Part shown: piece by piece, positions 1 to 8,599 of the stretch | How positions within the stretch are numbered: the first letter of the stretch is position 1 | How the letters are laid out: each line of letters opens with the position of its first letter | From: Burkholderiales bacterium | GTDB taxonomy: Bacteria; Pseudomonadota; Gammaproteobacteria; Burkholderiales; SG8-39 | Direction: 5' to 3' | Assembly: GCA_035637655.1 (NCBI GenBank) | Contig: DASPWT010000112.1 | Coordinates: 176 to 64,175 of the forward strand | Length of the DNA: 64,000 nucleotides | Program-made: the position numbers and the translations under genes | The notes under the pieces: model-generated | Told to the model about the DNA's origin: nothing | The model's input: only the letters and a program-made list of their open reading frames with translations | Databases searched by the model: none

Positions 1-2
1 TC

Positions 3-542
3 GACGGCGACCTCTGGCAATGGCACCAGGACTACGGCACCTGGAAGAACGACGACCTGATGCCCGAGGCTCGCGCGATGAACGTCGCGATCTTCCTCGA
101 CGAGGTCAACGAGTTCAACGGACCGCTGATGTTCATTCCCGGCAGCCACAAGCTCGGCGTGATCGAAGCCGATCACGACACCTCGACGACGAGCTATCCC
201 CTGTGGACGATCCACCACGACACGATCAGAAAGCTCGTCGAGCGCGGCGGCATCGTGGCTCCAAAGGGTCCGCCGGGGTCGATGATTCTGTTTCACTCCT
301 GCCTGGTGCACGCCTCTACTGCCAATCTCTCTCCTTGGAATCGGGTCAGCGTCTATTTGAGCCTGTGCGCGGTGTCGAACCACATACGGCGCTTCAAGCG
401 TCCGGGGTACATCGCGCACCGCGATTTTGCGCCGTTGAAGTGCCTCCCCGACGATTGCCTGCTCAGGCCCTACGACGTGCCGCTTCCGTGGAGAGACGGA
501 ACGCCGCCGGAAGAGCTGCAAGGCGCGCTCAAAGCCGCGTGA
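3..542 (+). CDS. Phytanoyl-CoA dioxygenase (PhyH)-family Fe(II)/2-oxoglutarate oxygenase, 5'-truncated by the window edge
   Basis: The frame is open from the window edge to TGA at 540-542. WHQD (HxD iron ligands) is at codons near nt 21-32 and a distal His is in SCLVHAS. ORF-track 60..542 is the internal-Met part. Confidence 0.7.
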   Translation, partial: DGDLWQWHQDYGTWKNDDLMPEARAMNVAIFLDEVNEFNGPLMFIPGSHKLGVIEADHDTSTTSYPLWTIHHDTIRKLVERGGIVAPKGPPGSMILFHSCLVHASTANLSPWNRVSVYLSLCAVSNHIRRFKRPGYIAHRDFAPLKCLPDDCLLRPYDVPLPWRDGTPPEELQGALKAA

Positions 543-1897
543 ATCTGTACGCAAAGCTCCGGGAGCGCGAAGCGCAAGGCAGGCCGCTGCGGGTCGGCAT
601 GATCGGCGCAGGCAAATTCGGCGCCATGTACATCGCGCAGGTGCCGAAGACGCCGGGGGTGCATCTGGTCGGTATCGCCGACCTTTCTCCCGCGAATGCG
701 CGGACCAGCCTCGAGCGCGTGGGCTGGAAGCCGGAACAGTACGCTGCCGCGTCGCTCGATGCGGCGCTGAAGGAGCGACGGACGCACATTTCGGAGGACT
801 GGCGCGCGCTCGTCGCGCACCCGGCCGTGGAGATCGTCGTCGAAGCCACGGGCAATCCGATCGCCGCAGTCGAGCATGCGCTCGCAGCATTCCGAAACGG
901 CAAGCACGTGGTGATGGTGACGGTCGAGGCCGACGCCTTCTGCGGGCCCTTGCTCGCGAAGAAGGCGAAGGAGGCGGGAGTCGTTTACAGCCTCGCCTAC
1001 GGCGATCAGCCCGCGATCATCTGCGACCTCGTCGATTGGGCGCGCGCGGCGGGATTCCCGGTGGTTGCGGCCGGGCGCGGGCACAAATGGCTGCCGCACT
1101 TCGCGCAGTCCACGCCGGAGACCGTATGGGGTTACTACGGCCTCACGCCCGAACAGGCCCGCGTGGGCGGACTCAACCCGAAGATGTTCAATTCCTTTCT
1201 CGACGGCTCGAAGCCGGCGATCGAAGCCGCCGCGGTGTGCAATGCAACCGGCCTTACGCCGGCGCCGGAGGGTCTCGCGTATCCGCCTGCGTCCATCGAA
1301 GACCTGCCGCTGGTGATGCGGCCGAAGGCCGAGGGCGGGCAGCTGCATCACAAGGGGCAGGTCGAAGTCGTGTCCTCGCTCGATCGCGACGGGCGGGCGA
1401 TTCCCTACGACATCCGCTTCGGCGTGTGGGTCGTGTTCGAGGGCGAGTCCGATTACATCCGGCGTTGCTTCATGGAGTACGGCGTGCGAACCGATCCTTC
1501 GGGCCGCTATGCCTCGATGTACAGGCGCTGGCACCTGATCGGGCTCGAGGTCGGAATTTCGGTGGCCTCGGTCGGATTGCGGGGCGAGCCGACCGGCTGC
1601 GCCACGGATTTTCGCGCGGACGCGGTTGCGACGGCCAAGCGCGATCTGAGGGCGGGCGAGATGCTCGACGGCGAAGGCGGATATATGGTGGTGGGCAGGC
1701 TCATGCCAGCCGCGGATTCGCTCGCGCTCGGTGGGTTGCCGCTCGGCTTGGCGCACCAACTGAGGCTAGTCAATCCCGTCAAGGCCGGCCAGGCTGTGCG
1801 CTGGGCTGATGTCGCCTACGACGCTGGGGCCGAGGCGGTGCGTGTGCGCCGCGAAATGGAGTCGATGTTCGTCGCCCCCAGACAGCGCACGGCCTAG
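539..1897 (+). CDS. NAD(P)-binding oxidoreductase with C-terminal SAF domain (COG4091-like, homoserine-dehydrogenase-like fold)
   Basis: GTG at 539 overlaps the upstream TGA (GTGA). It has a Rossmann motif VGMIGAGKFG and a C-terminal SAF-like segment AKRDLRAGEMLDGEGGYMVVG. The first ~170 codons of ORF-track 20..1897 overlap the PhyH frame and are rejected. Confidence 0.7.
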   Translation: MNLYAKLREREAQGRPLRVGMIGAGKFGAMYIAQVPKTPGVHLVGIADLSPANARTSLERVGWKPEQYAAASLDAALKERRTHISEDWRALVAHPAVEIVVEATGNPIAAVEHALAAFRNGKHVVMVTVEADAFCGPLLAKKAKEAGVVYSLAYGDQPAIICDLVDWARAAGFPVVAAGRGHKWLPHFAQSTPETVWGYYGLTPEQARVGGLNPKMFNSFLDGSKPAIEAAAVCNATGLTPAPEGLAYPPASIEDLPLVMRPKAEGGQLHHKGQVEVVSSLDRDGRAIPYDIRFGVWVVFEGESDYIRRCFMEYGVRTDPSGRYASMYRRWHLIGLEVGISVASVGLRGEPTGCATDFRADAVATAKRDLRAGEMLDGEGGYMVVGRLMPAADSLALGGLPLGLAHQLRLVNPVKAGQAVRWADVAYDAGAEAVRVRREMESMFVAPRQRTA

Positions 1898-1961
1898 GAG
1901 GCGAGGCCCTGTGCCGGAAATGTAACGAATTGGGATTCCTCGCAATTTTCCGCCAAATATA

Positions 1962-2041
1962 GTGTAATTGGACCTAGACCCGAGAGCGCAGGCTGGGATA
2001 CTGTAATCGGGGGCCTGGACCCGAGAGAGGGCAGGCAGGGA
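1962..2041. repeat. Two imperfect ~39-bp direct repeats in the promoter region of the rpfG-like gene
   Basis: gtgtaattggacctagacccgagagcgcaggctggga (1962-1998) aligns with ctgtaatcgggggcctggacccgagagagggcaggcaggga (2001-2041). Shared blocks are TGTAAT and CCT(A/G)GACCCGAGAG. A third TGTAA occurs at 1921. Confidence 0.6.
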
Positions 2042-2075
2042 GCCGCCATTCAAAGGCGGGGCAAGGGAATTTCTT

Positions 2076-3188
2076 ATGAAAACCACGTCGTCTAGACCGC
2101 TTACGCTGGTTCACGATTCGATCGAAGCCAAGCTCGCGCCGCTCAAGATCCTGGTCATCGACGACCAGTCCACCGGGCGCATCGTGCTGAGCGAGATCAT
2201 GAGGAGCCTCGACGCGAGTCTGGAGGTTGCCACGTTCGCCGACCCTTTGGAGGCCATCGAATACGCGCGCAAGCACCCTGTCGACATGGTGCTCACCGAT
2301 TACAAGATGCCGAACTTGGACGGTATCGAGGTCATCCGGAGGCTGCGCCGCATTTTCGGCTACGAGGACGTTCCGATCATCTGCATCACGGTGGTGAACG
2401 ATCGCGAAGTCCGCTACCGTGCCCTGGAGGCCGGGGCCACCGACTTCCTGATTCGCCCGATCGACCGGCTCGAATGCGGGGCGCGCTGCCGCAATCTCCT
2501 GAGCCTGCGCCGGCATGAAATTCTCAAGAAAAACAGAACCCGGATTCTCGAGCAGAAGATCGACGAGGCCACCCGCGAGTTGCGGCGCCGCGAAGTCGAG
2601 ACGCTGTTTCGGCTGGCGAAGGCCGCCGAGCAGCGCGACAAGGTGACCGGAATGCACCTGGTGCGGATGGCCAAGTACTCCGCCCTGATCGCCAAAGGCG
2701 TCGGGCTGTCCTTGGCTGAGCAAGATGCGATCGAGCTGGCCGCGCCGATGCACGATATCGGAAAAATCGGCATTCCGGACCGGATCCTGCAGAATCCCGG
2801 AAGGCTCGACGGCGAGGACCTGCGAGTCATGCAGTCGCATGCGCGCATCGGCTACGACATGCTGAAGGACAGCTCTTCCGGATATCTGCAAATGGCCGCG
2901 GTGATCGCGCTCGGCCATCACGAGAAGTACGACGGCAGCGGTTACCCGACCGGCCTCAGGGGCGAGCACATTTCGCTCGAAGCGCGAATCGTCGCCATCG
3001 CGGATGTCTACGACGCGCTCACCTCGGTTCGCCCCTACAAACCGGCTTGGCCCGTGGAGGAAGCGTTCGTCTACATGGCGGAGCACGCCGGCAGGCATTT
3101 TGATCCGAAGCTTGTGGAAATCCTGGTGCGGAACCGAGACGAAGTCCTCTCCATCGGCGAACGGTTTGCCGATCAGCTGGCGCAGTGA
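2076..3188 (+). CDS. rpfG: Response regulator with HD-GYP c-di-GMP phosphodiesterase domain (RpfG-like)
   Basis: It has a receiver domain (DMVLTDYKMPNLDG) and an HD-GYP domain (HDIGKIGIPD ... GHHEKYDGSGYP). Confidence 0.85.
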   Translation: MKTTSSRPLTLVHDSIEAKLAPLKILVIDDQSTGRIVLSEIMRSLDASLEVATFADPLEAIEYARKHPVDMVLTDYKMPNLDGIEVIRRLRRIFGYEDVPIICITVVNDREVRYRALEAGATDFLIRPIDRLECGARCRNLLSLRRHEILKKNRTRILEQKIDEATRELRRREVETLFRLAKAAEQRDKVTGMHLVRMAKYSALIAKGVGLSLAEQDAIELAAPMHDIGKIGIPDRILQNPGRLDGEDLRVMQSHARIGYDMLKDSSSGYLQMAAVIALGHHEKYDGSGYPTGLRGEHISLEARIVAIADVYDALTSVRPYKPAWPVEEAFVYMAEHAGRHFDPKLVEILVRNRDEVLSIGERFADQLAQ

Positions 3189-3204
3189 CCCGGAACCGGG
3201 CCGG

Positions 3205-5724
3205 ATGGCGCTGAAATCGATCTTCGCCGGCCTTCGAGCGCGCCTCGCCGCGCGCCCGGACACAGAGCACGAGCAGGCGATCGTCCGGCTGGTGGTGTAT
3301 TCCGTGCTGTTCCTGTATCTGCTGCCGCAGGCTTTCGGCGGCATCGAAGTCCGCAACGAAGTCAACCCGCTGTTTTTCTCGGCCATGATCTGCTTCATGG
3401 TGCTAGCGGCGGCCGTGTTCGGCTGGATCTGCCTGTTTCCGTCGGCTTCGCCCGTGCGCCGCGTTACCGGGTCTTTGCTCGACGTCGTCGCGACAACGTT
3501 TTTCATGTACAACCTAGGCGTGTACGGAACGCCCTTTTACGTCGTTTATCTCTGGATTATCTTCGGCAACGGCTTCCGTTACGGCAAGGCGTATCTCTAC
3601 AACTCCCTGGCATGGAGCGTGGTCGGCTTCAGCTTGGTCCTCGCGGTGAACGACTATTGGGTTGCGAACCGCCCGCTGGGCATCGGCCTTCTCGCGGGCA
3701 TGATTGTGTTGTCGATGTATGTTGGGAAGCTGGTGAAGCGGCTGTTCGATTCGCTTCACCGCGAGGAGGCCGCGAATCAGGCGAAGCGACGTTTCCTCTC
3801 CACGGTAAGCCACGAGATGCGCACCCCGCTCAACGCGATCGTCGGAATGAACGACCTGCTGCGCGACACCCCTTTGAACTCGGAGCAGGCCGAGATGGTG
3901 AAGGCGATGCACGAAGCCTCGCAATCCATGCTCAAACTGATCGAGAACGTGCTCGATATTTCCAAGATCGAGGCCGGCAAGGTCAACATCGAGGAGACCG
4001 ACTTCGACCTGCACGCCCTGATCAACGGCACCTCGGGAGTGCTCGCGCCGCAGGCCGAGATTCGTGGGCTGCAGCTTCGTACTCTCGTGATGCCGGAGGC
4101 GGCCCACGCGCTGCGCGGCGATCCCTATCATCTACGCCAGGTGCTCTATAACCTCATCGGAAACGGTATCAAGTTCACCCAGTCCGGCAGCGTCACCTTG
4201 ACCGTTTCGAGCCTGGGCGAGAGCGAGCATGCGGTGCGGCTGAGATTTGCCATCGAGGATACGGGGATAGGCATCGCGCCCGAAGCTCAGGAACGCATTT
4301 TCGAGAGTTTCGTCCAGGCCGACGACTCGACCACGCGCCGCTACGGCGGAACCGGGCTCGGAACGACGATCTCGAAACAGCTGGTGGAGATGATGGGCGG
4401 GCAGATCGGCCTGAACAGCACGCCCGGAAAGGGCAGCACATTCTGGTTTGAGCTCCCCTTCAAGAAGCAGATGGTGGGACTGGTTCCCGAAGCTTCGCTC
4501 CGGCTCAACGATATCCGGATCATGCTCCTCGGTTTCGCCGACGCGCAGCTGCAGGCGCTCGAGCAGGATCTCGCCACTTGGGGGGCGCGCACCGGGCGCG
4601 CAGCGGGCGTAGAGGCGGGGGCTGCGCGCCTCGCCGAGGCGCAGTCGCTCGGGCACCCCTACCACTTGGTGCTTCTGCGCGAAGACGCGCAGGTCGAACC
4701 GAACCGACTTCTCGCTCGCCTCCGCAATAGCCGCAGCCAGAAGGCGCCTCCTACGGTCCTGTGCACGCCCGGCGTATCGCAGATTCGCAGCGCCGAAGCG
4801 CTTGCGGGCGGTTTCGTGGCGGTACTGGAAATGCCGCTAGAGAAGCGGCTCCTCTTTAACGCCATCCATTCGGCCACTGCGGTCCAAGCGAGCCAGGAAG
4901 GCGTCATTTCGCTCAGCAATTACTACGCCGCCCGCGACGCCAACCGGCGCCGCTACCAGATCCTCGTGGCGGAAGACAACGCGGTGAACCAGCGCGTCAT
5001 CGTCGGGATACTGGAACGCGCCGGGCACAGAGTCCGGGTCGTGGACGACGGGGAGCAGGCGCTCGATGTCCTCGAGAACGAGCGGTTCGATGTGGTCATC
5101 ATGGATCTCAACATGCCCGAGCTCGGCGGGCTGGACGCCGCGCGGGCCTACCGCTTTATGGATCCGGAGGCGATACAGGTCCCGATCATCATGCTTTCGG
5201 CGGACGTCACCTCGGAGACGATGAAGGAATGCGAGGAGGCGGGGATCGATGCTTTCTTGTCCAAACCGATCGAGGCTCGCCGCCTGCTTGACACCATCGC
5301 GAGCCTGATTGCAAAGCGCGCGACCGCTCTCGCGGCGTCCGGCGACGGCGCCGAGAAAACCCAGGTGGTCATCAATCCGGCGACGCTCTCGGAGCTCGAG
5401 CTCATCAGCGCGGATAGCACCTTCATGCCGGAACTCCTCAACGGATTCATCCAGGACGGCGAGGCGCTGCTGCGGCAGATGGAAGCCGCAGTGGCGGCGG
5501 AGCAATACGAGACGCTCAGGGACCTCGTGCACGCCATGAAGGGCTCGGCGGTTACGCTCGGCGCCGAGCAGCTGTGCCAGACCTGCGTCGGAATCAGCGG
5601 TCAGACGACATCGGAACTGCAAGCGGGCGGATCACGCGCCCTAAAGGTGGTGCGGGAGCAGTTTCAGCAGACGCGCGCTTCGCTCCTCGATTATCTCAAG
5701 AAAAACCAGAGCGCGGCCCGCTGA
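3205..5724 (+). CDS. rpfC: Hybrid sensor histidine kinase, RpfC-like (multi-TM input, HisKA, HATPase, receiver, HPt)
   Basis: ATG at 3205 (MALKSIF) lies 16 nt after the rpfG stop. There are about five hydrophobic helices, then the H-box SHEMRTPLNAI, GTGLGTTISKQLVEMMGG, a receiver DVVIMDLNMPELGG and an HPt HAMKGSA. The ORF-track start at 3004 overlaps rpfG and is rejected. Confidence 0.85.
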   Translation: MALKSIFAGLRARLAARPDTEHEQAIVRLVVYSVLFLYLLPQAFGGIEVRNEVNPLFFSAMICFMVLAAAVFGWICLFPSASPVRRVTGSLLDVVATTFFMYNLGVYGTPFYVVYLWIIFGNGFRYGKAYLYNSLAWSVVGFSLVLAVNDYWVANRPLGIGLLAGMIVLSMYVGKLVKRLFDSLHREEAANQAKRRFLSTVSHEMRTPLNAIVGMNDLLRDTPLNSEQAEMVKAMHEASQSMLKLIENVLDISKIEAGKVNIEETDFDLHALINGTSGVLAPQAEIRGLQLRTLVMPEAAHALRGDPYHLRQVLYNLIGNGIKFTQSGSVTLTVSSLGESEHAVRLRFAIEDTGIGIAPEAQERIFESFVQADDSTTRRYGGTGLGTTISKQLVEMMGGQIGLNSTPGKGSTFWFELPFKKQMVGLVPEASLRLNDIRIMLLGFADAQLQALEQDLATWGARTGRAAGVEAGAARLAEAQSLGHPYHLVLLREDAQVEPNRLLARLRNSRSQKAPPTVLCTPGVSQIRSAEALAGGFVAVLEMPLEKRLLFNAIHSATAVQASQEGVISLSNYYAARDANRRRYQILVAEDNAVNQRVIVGILERAGHRVRVVDDGEQALDVLENERFDVVIMDLNMPELGGLDAARAYRFMDPEAIQVPIIMLSADVTSETMKECEEAGIDAFLSKPIEARRLLDTIASLIAKRATALAASGDGAEKTQVVINPATLSELELISADSTFMPELLNGFIQDGEALLRQMEAAVAAEQYETLRDLVHAMKGSAVTLGAEQLCQTCVGISGQTTSELQAGGSRALKVVREQFQQTRASLLDYLKKNQSAAR

Positions 5725-5764
5725 GGCAGGGACGTGACATGGACAAGGGACGGCGCGAGAAACC

Positions 5765-6028
5765 ATGGCTGACTTGTCACTGCGTGACCGAGTAATTCAG
5801 CGTCTTCTGGCCGCATCCGATGCAAAACTCACCGCGGCCGACGTAGACGACGCGACATCGCTTCGACAGGATCTGGACATCAGTTCACTGATTTTGATCA
5901 CATTGGCTTCCGAGCTGGAGGATGAGTTGGGGATAGACATCGACGATGAGGACCTTGGCCGCATACAGACGATCGGCGATCTTTTCAAGGCGATCGAGAG
6001 CAGGAAGCGGCAGAATCGGCAGGCGTGA
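5765..6028 (+). CDS. Acyl carrier protein (second, non-housekeeping copy)
   Basis: An 87-aa acidic protein. The helix-II region DLDISSLILITLASELEDELG carries the Ser expected for 4'-phosphopantetheine. Its stop overlaps the next start (GTGA at 6025-6028). Confidence 0.75.
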   Translation: MADLSLRDRVIQRLLAASDAKLTAADVDDATSLRQDLDISSLILITLASELEDELGIDIDDEDLGRIQTIGDLFKAIESRKRQNRQA

Positions 6029-7293
6029 CGCAGTCTGAGTCAATGACTCCTCGGCGAGTAGCAATCACGGGAGTCGGTCTCGTATCGTGCCTTGGGCACG
6101 ATTACAGCCAAGTGGTGAGGGCTCTCCAAAACGGGGTAAGCGGCATCCGCGCCATGCCGGAGTGGGAAAACCTGGGCCTGAAGAGCCGGGTGGCGGGTAC
6201 GATCCTGGACGTCGAGGCCAAGTTCGAGTGCTCGCCCATCCCGAAAAAACTGCGTCCCGCGATTTCGGAAGCATCCAAATACTGCTGCCTCGCCGCGCTC
6301 GATGCCATCGGCGATTCCGGGCTTTCCGAGGTCGACCTGCAGTCCGACAGAACGGCGTGCATCGTCGGTACGGGAATCGGAAGCGTGGGATCCACCTATA
6401 CGACAGGGCGACAGCTCTATTCCGGAGAGATTGCGAAGCTCAGCCCGCTTGTCGTGCTGAAAAGCATGGCCAGCGCGTCGAGCGCGGCGGTGGCCAACCT
6501 GCTCAAGGTCCACGGACGCAGTTATTCGATCAGCTCTGCCTGTTCGACGTCCTCTCACAGCATCGGCACGGCATACGAGCTCATCCGTTACGGCATCGTC
6601 GACCGTGCCATCGCAGGGGGCGGAGAGGAGGTGCACCCTATGATTGCCGCGGGTTTTCAGGCCCTTCGATTCGCGCTCGCCACGAAATTCAACGAGTGCC
6701 CGCAACGGGCGTCGCGCCCTTATGATGTCGCGCGCGACGGGTTCGTGATCGGGGGTGGTGCGGGGATCGTCGTACTCGAGGCCTGGGACCAGGCGTTGGC
6801 GCGTCGGGCTCGCGTGCGCGCCGAGATCGTCGGGTTCGGGACAAGCTCGGATGGTTTCGACATGGTGATGCCGGAGCCGACTGGGGTGCACGCCGCCAAG
6901 AGCATGCGCAACGCCATAGAAGGCAGCGGTATGAGTCCTCGAGACGTCGGTGCCGTCAACACGCACGGCACGGCGACTGCCAAAGGTGACGTCGCTGAAG
7001 TCGAGGCAATGAAGGAAGTGTTCGACGGCAAACCGCCGCCGTTCTCATCGACAAAATCGATGACCGGCCATCCCCTGGGTGCGGCCGGAGCACTGGAGAC
7101 GATCTTTTGCATAGGCATGCTCGAGCATCGCTTCATTGCCCCTTCCATCAACATCGAAGAACTCGATCCTGAATTCGCGGGATTGCCGGTCGTAACGACC
7201 CCCAAGTTCACGGAACTGGACACCATACTTTCCAATAGTTTCGGATTCGGTGGAACCAACGCGAGCCTTCTATTGAAGGCATTTCGCAACTAG
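6025..7293 (+). CDS. Beta-ketoacyl-ACP synthase I/II-type (elongating KAS, Cys-His-His), second copy
   Basis: Motifs are ISSACSTSSHSIG (active Cys), NTHGTATAKGD, KSMTGHPLGAAG and [13 protein letters not shown]. It is translationally coupled to the upstream ACP. Confidence 0.85.
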   Translation: MTQSESMTPRRVAITGVGLVSCLGHDYSQVVRALQNGVSGIRAMPEWENLGLKSRVAGTILDVEAKFECSPIPKKLRPAISEASKYCCLAALDAIGDSGLSEVDLQSDRTACIVGTGIGSVGSTYTTGRQLYSGEIAKLSPLVVLKSMASASSAAVANLLKVHGRSYSISSACSTSSHSIGTAYELIRYGIVDRAIAGGGEEVHPMIAAGFQALRFALATKFNECPQRASRPYDVARDGFVIGGGAGIVVLEAWDQALARRARVRAEIVGFGTSSDGFDMVMPEPTGVHAAKSMRNAIEGSGMSPRDVGAVNTHGTATAKGDVAEVEAMKEVFDGKPPPFSSTKSMTGHPLGAAGALETIFCIGMLEHRFIAPSINIEELDPEFAGLPVVTTPKFTELDTILSNSFGFGGTNASLLLKAFRN

Positions 7294-7488
7294 CGCGGCG
7301 TGTTTCATTCGAGCGCTTCTGCGCATCGCCTGGGTTCCTCCATCAGGCTTGGGAACAAGACTCGCTGCGCATGAGCCCCACCGGGGCGCGTCCTAACGCA
7401 CCGGTCGGGACGGATCGGATCCGGCCCCGGCAGGTCATGGCTCAAGCGCGCGAGCGCCCATGCTTCGGGCGGACATGCACAGCCGGGC

Positions 7489-8430
7489 TCAGGCCGTCGC
7501 GTACCGCAGTTCCTCCGCCATTCCTGCCACCTCCGGTATCTCCGCCGCGCCGCCCGGGATACGCCGGAATTGGGACCGCGCCAAGCGGCTCATCATCTTG
7601 AGATCTCTCTCTTCCAGCCGCGTTGCAGCGTCGACCCAGACGTTGGTGATATTGAGCATCTCCTCGTAGCTCACCCGTTGGAAATGCTGGCGGCAGCTGA
7701 ACACGGCCTGCATACCATTGCGGTGTCGCTCGTTGCGGCGGATGTATTCGCGTACCGCCGTCTCCCCGTTTCCGTCCTCGACGAGAACGTCCACTACGCC
7801 CATCTCGTACAACTCCTCGGCGGTGTAGATGCGGCCGGAAAGAATCATTTTCTCGGCACGCTTCATTCCGAGCCGCCGGCTGAGCAGGCTGTAGGCTCCC
7901 ATGCCGGGGAAGAGGTTGAACAGGATCTCGGGCATTCCCATGCGCGCGCGGCGCTCGGCGATGATCACATTCGAGGAAAGCGCTGTCTCGAAACCTCCGC
8001 CGAGAGCTTCACCTTGCACCAGGGAAATCGTAATCAAGGGGCCGTTGTAGTTGCAGATCCTCGAATACATGTTGTCGATGCAGAGCTTAGCGTAATGCAT
8101 CAACGCATCGCGGTCCTGAGATTTCACCAGCTGCACGAACAGCGCCAGATCCCCTCCCAGGTTGAACACGTTCTCGGTCTTGGAGGCCACCACGTAATAG
8201 CGGATCTGGCGGAGCTCGCCCTTGTGCAGGAGGCGCCCGCCGTTCGCTTCGATCGCCGCGTCGTGGGCCCGCAACTCGTCGAGCAGCCCGAGATTGAAAC
8301 ACGGTACTCCAGACGGATTCAGGTAGGTCCATGCTACAGCGTCCTCGGGATCGAACCTGACCTCGATCTGCTTGTAGTAGTCCCGTTTAAACATTCCCTC
8401 TATCGCTCTTAATTCGACCGGTGCGTTCAT
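7489..8430 (-). CDS. rpfF: DSF-family signal synthase, RpfF-like crotonase (enoyl-CoA hydratase superfamily)
   Basis: Blocks VFNLGGDLALF, LVQGEALGGGFETALS, GMPEILFNLFPGMGAYS and ITNVWVDAATRLEERDLKMMSRLARSQ match my recollection of Xanthomonas RpfF. The two Glu (GGGFE and MPE) are 20 residues apart, as for RpfF E141/E161. A strong RBS AGGAAGGAAG precedes the ATG. Confidence 0.8.
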   Translation of the reverse strand: MNAPVELRAIEGMFKRDYYKQIEVRFDPEDAVAWTYLNPSGVPCFNLGLLDELRAHDAAIEANGGRLLHKGELRQIRYYVVASKTENVFNLGGDLALFVQLVKSQDRDALMHYAKLCIDNMYSRICNYNGPLITISLVQGEALGGGFETALSSNVIIAERRARMGMPEILFNLFPGMGAYSLLSRRLGMKRAEKMILSGRIYTAEELYEMGVVDVLVEDGNGETAVREYIRRNERHRNGMQAVFSCRQHFQRVSYEEMLNITNVWVDAATRLEERDLKMMSRLARSQFRRIPGGAAEIPEVAGMAEELRYATA

Positions 8431-8470
8431 GACTTCCTTCCTTTCAGGGTGTGTTGAAGAAAAATGCGTT

Positions 8471-8498
8471 TTTACGGACTCTTTGCGGAGACTATACT
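8471..8498 (+). promoter_or_regulatory. Candidate sigma-70 promoter facing the GGDEF gene
   Basis: TTTACG (8471-8476), a 16-nt spacer, then TATACT (8493-8498). It would give a ~195-nt leader. Confidence 0.35.
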
Positions 8499-8560
8499 CC
8501 CAAATCCATCGTTGCCCAAAAGCCCCCTATTCCATTGTCATTGGGGTCGTTTTCCTGTCT

Positions 8561-8599
8561 ATCGGGGTTTTCCCCATTTCCCCTCAGGGAAACCCCGAT
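8561..8599. repeat. Imperfect inverted repeat (hairpin or operator) in the rpfF/GGDEF divergent intergenic region
   Basis: atcggggttt(t)ccc (8561-8574) pairs with gggaaaccccgat (8587-8599), giving 13 bp with one bulged T and a ~12-nt loop. Confidence 0.55.
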
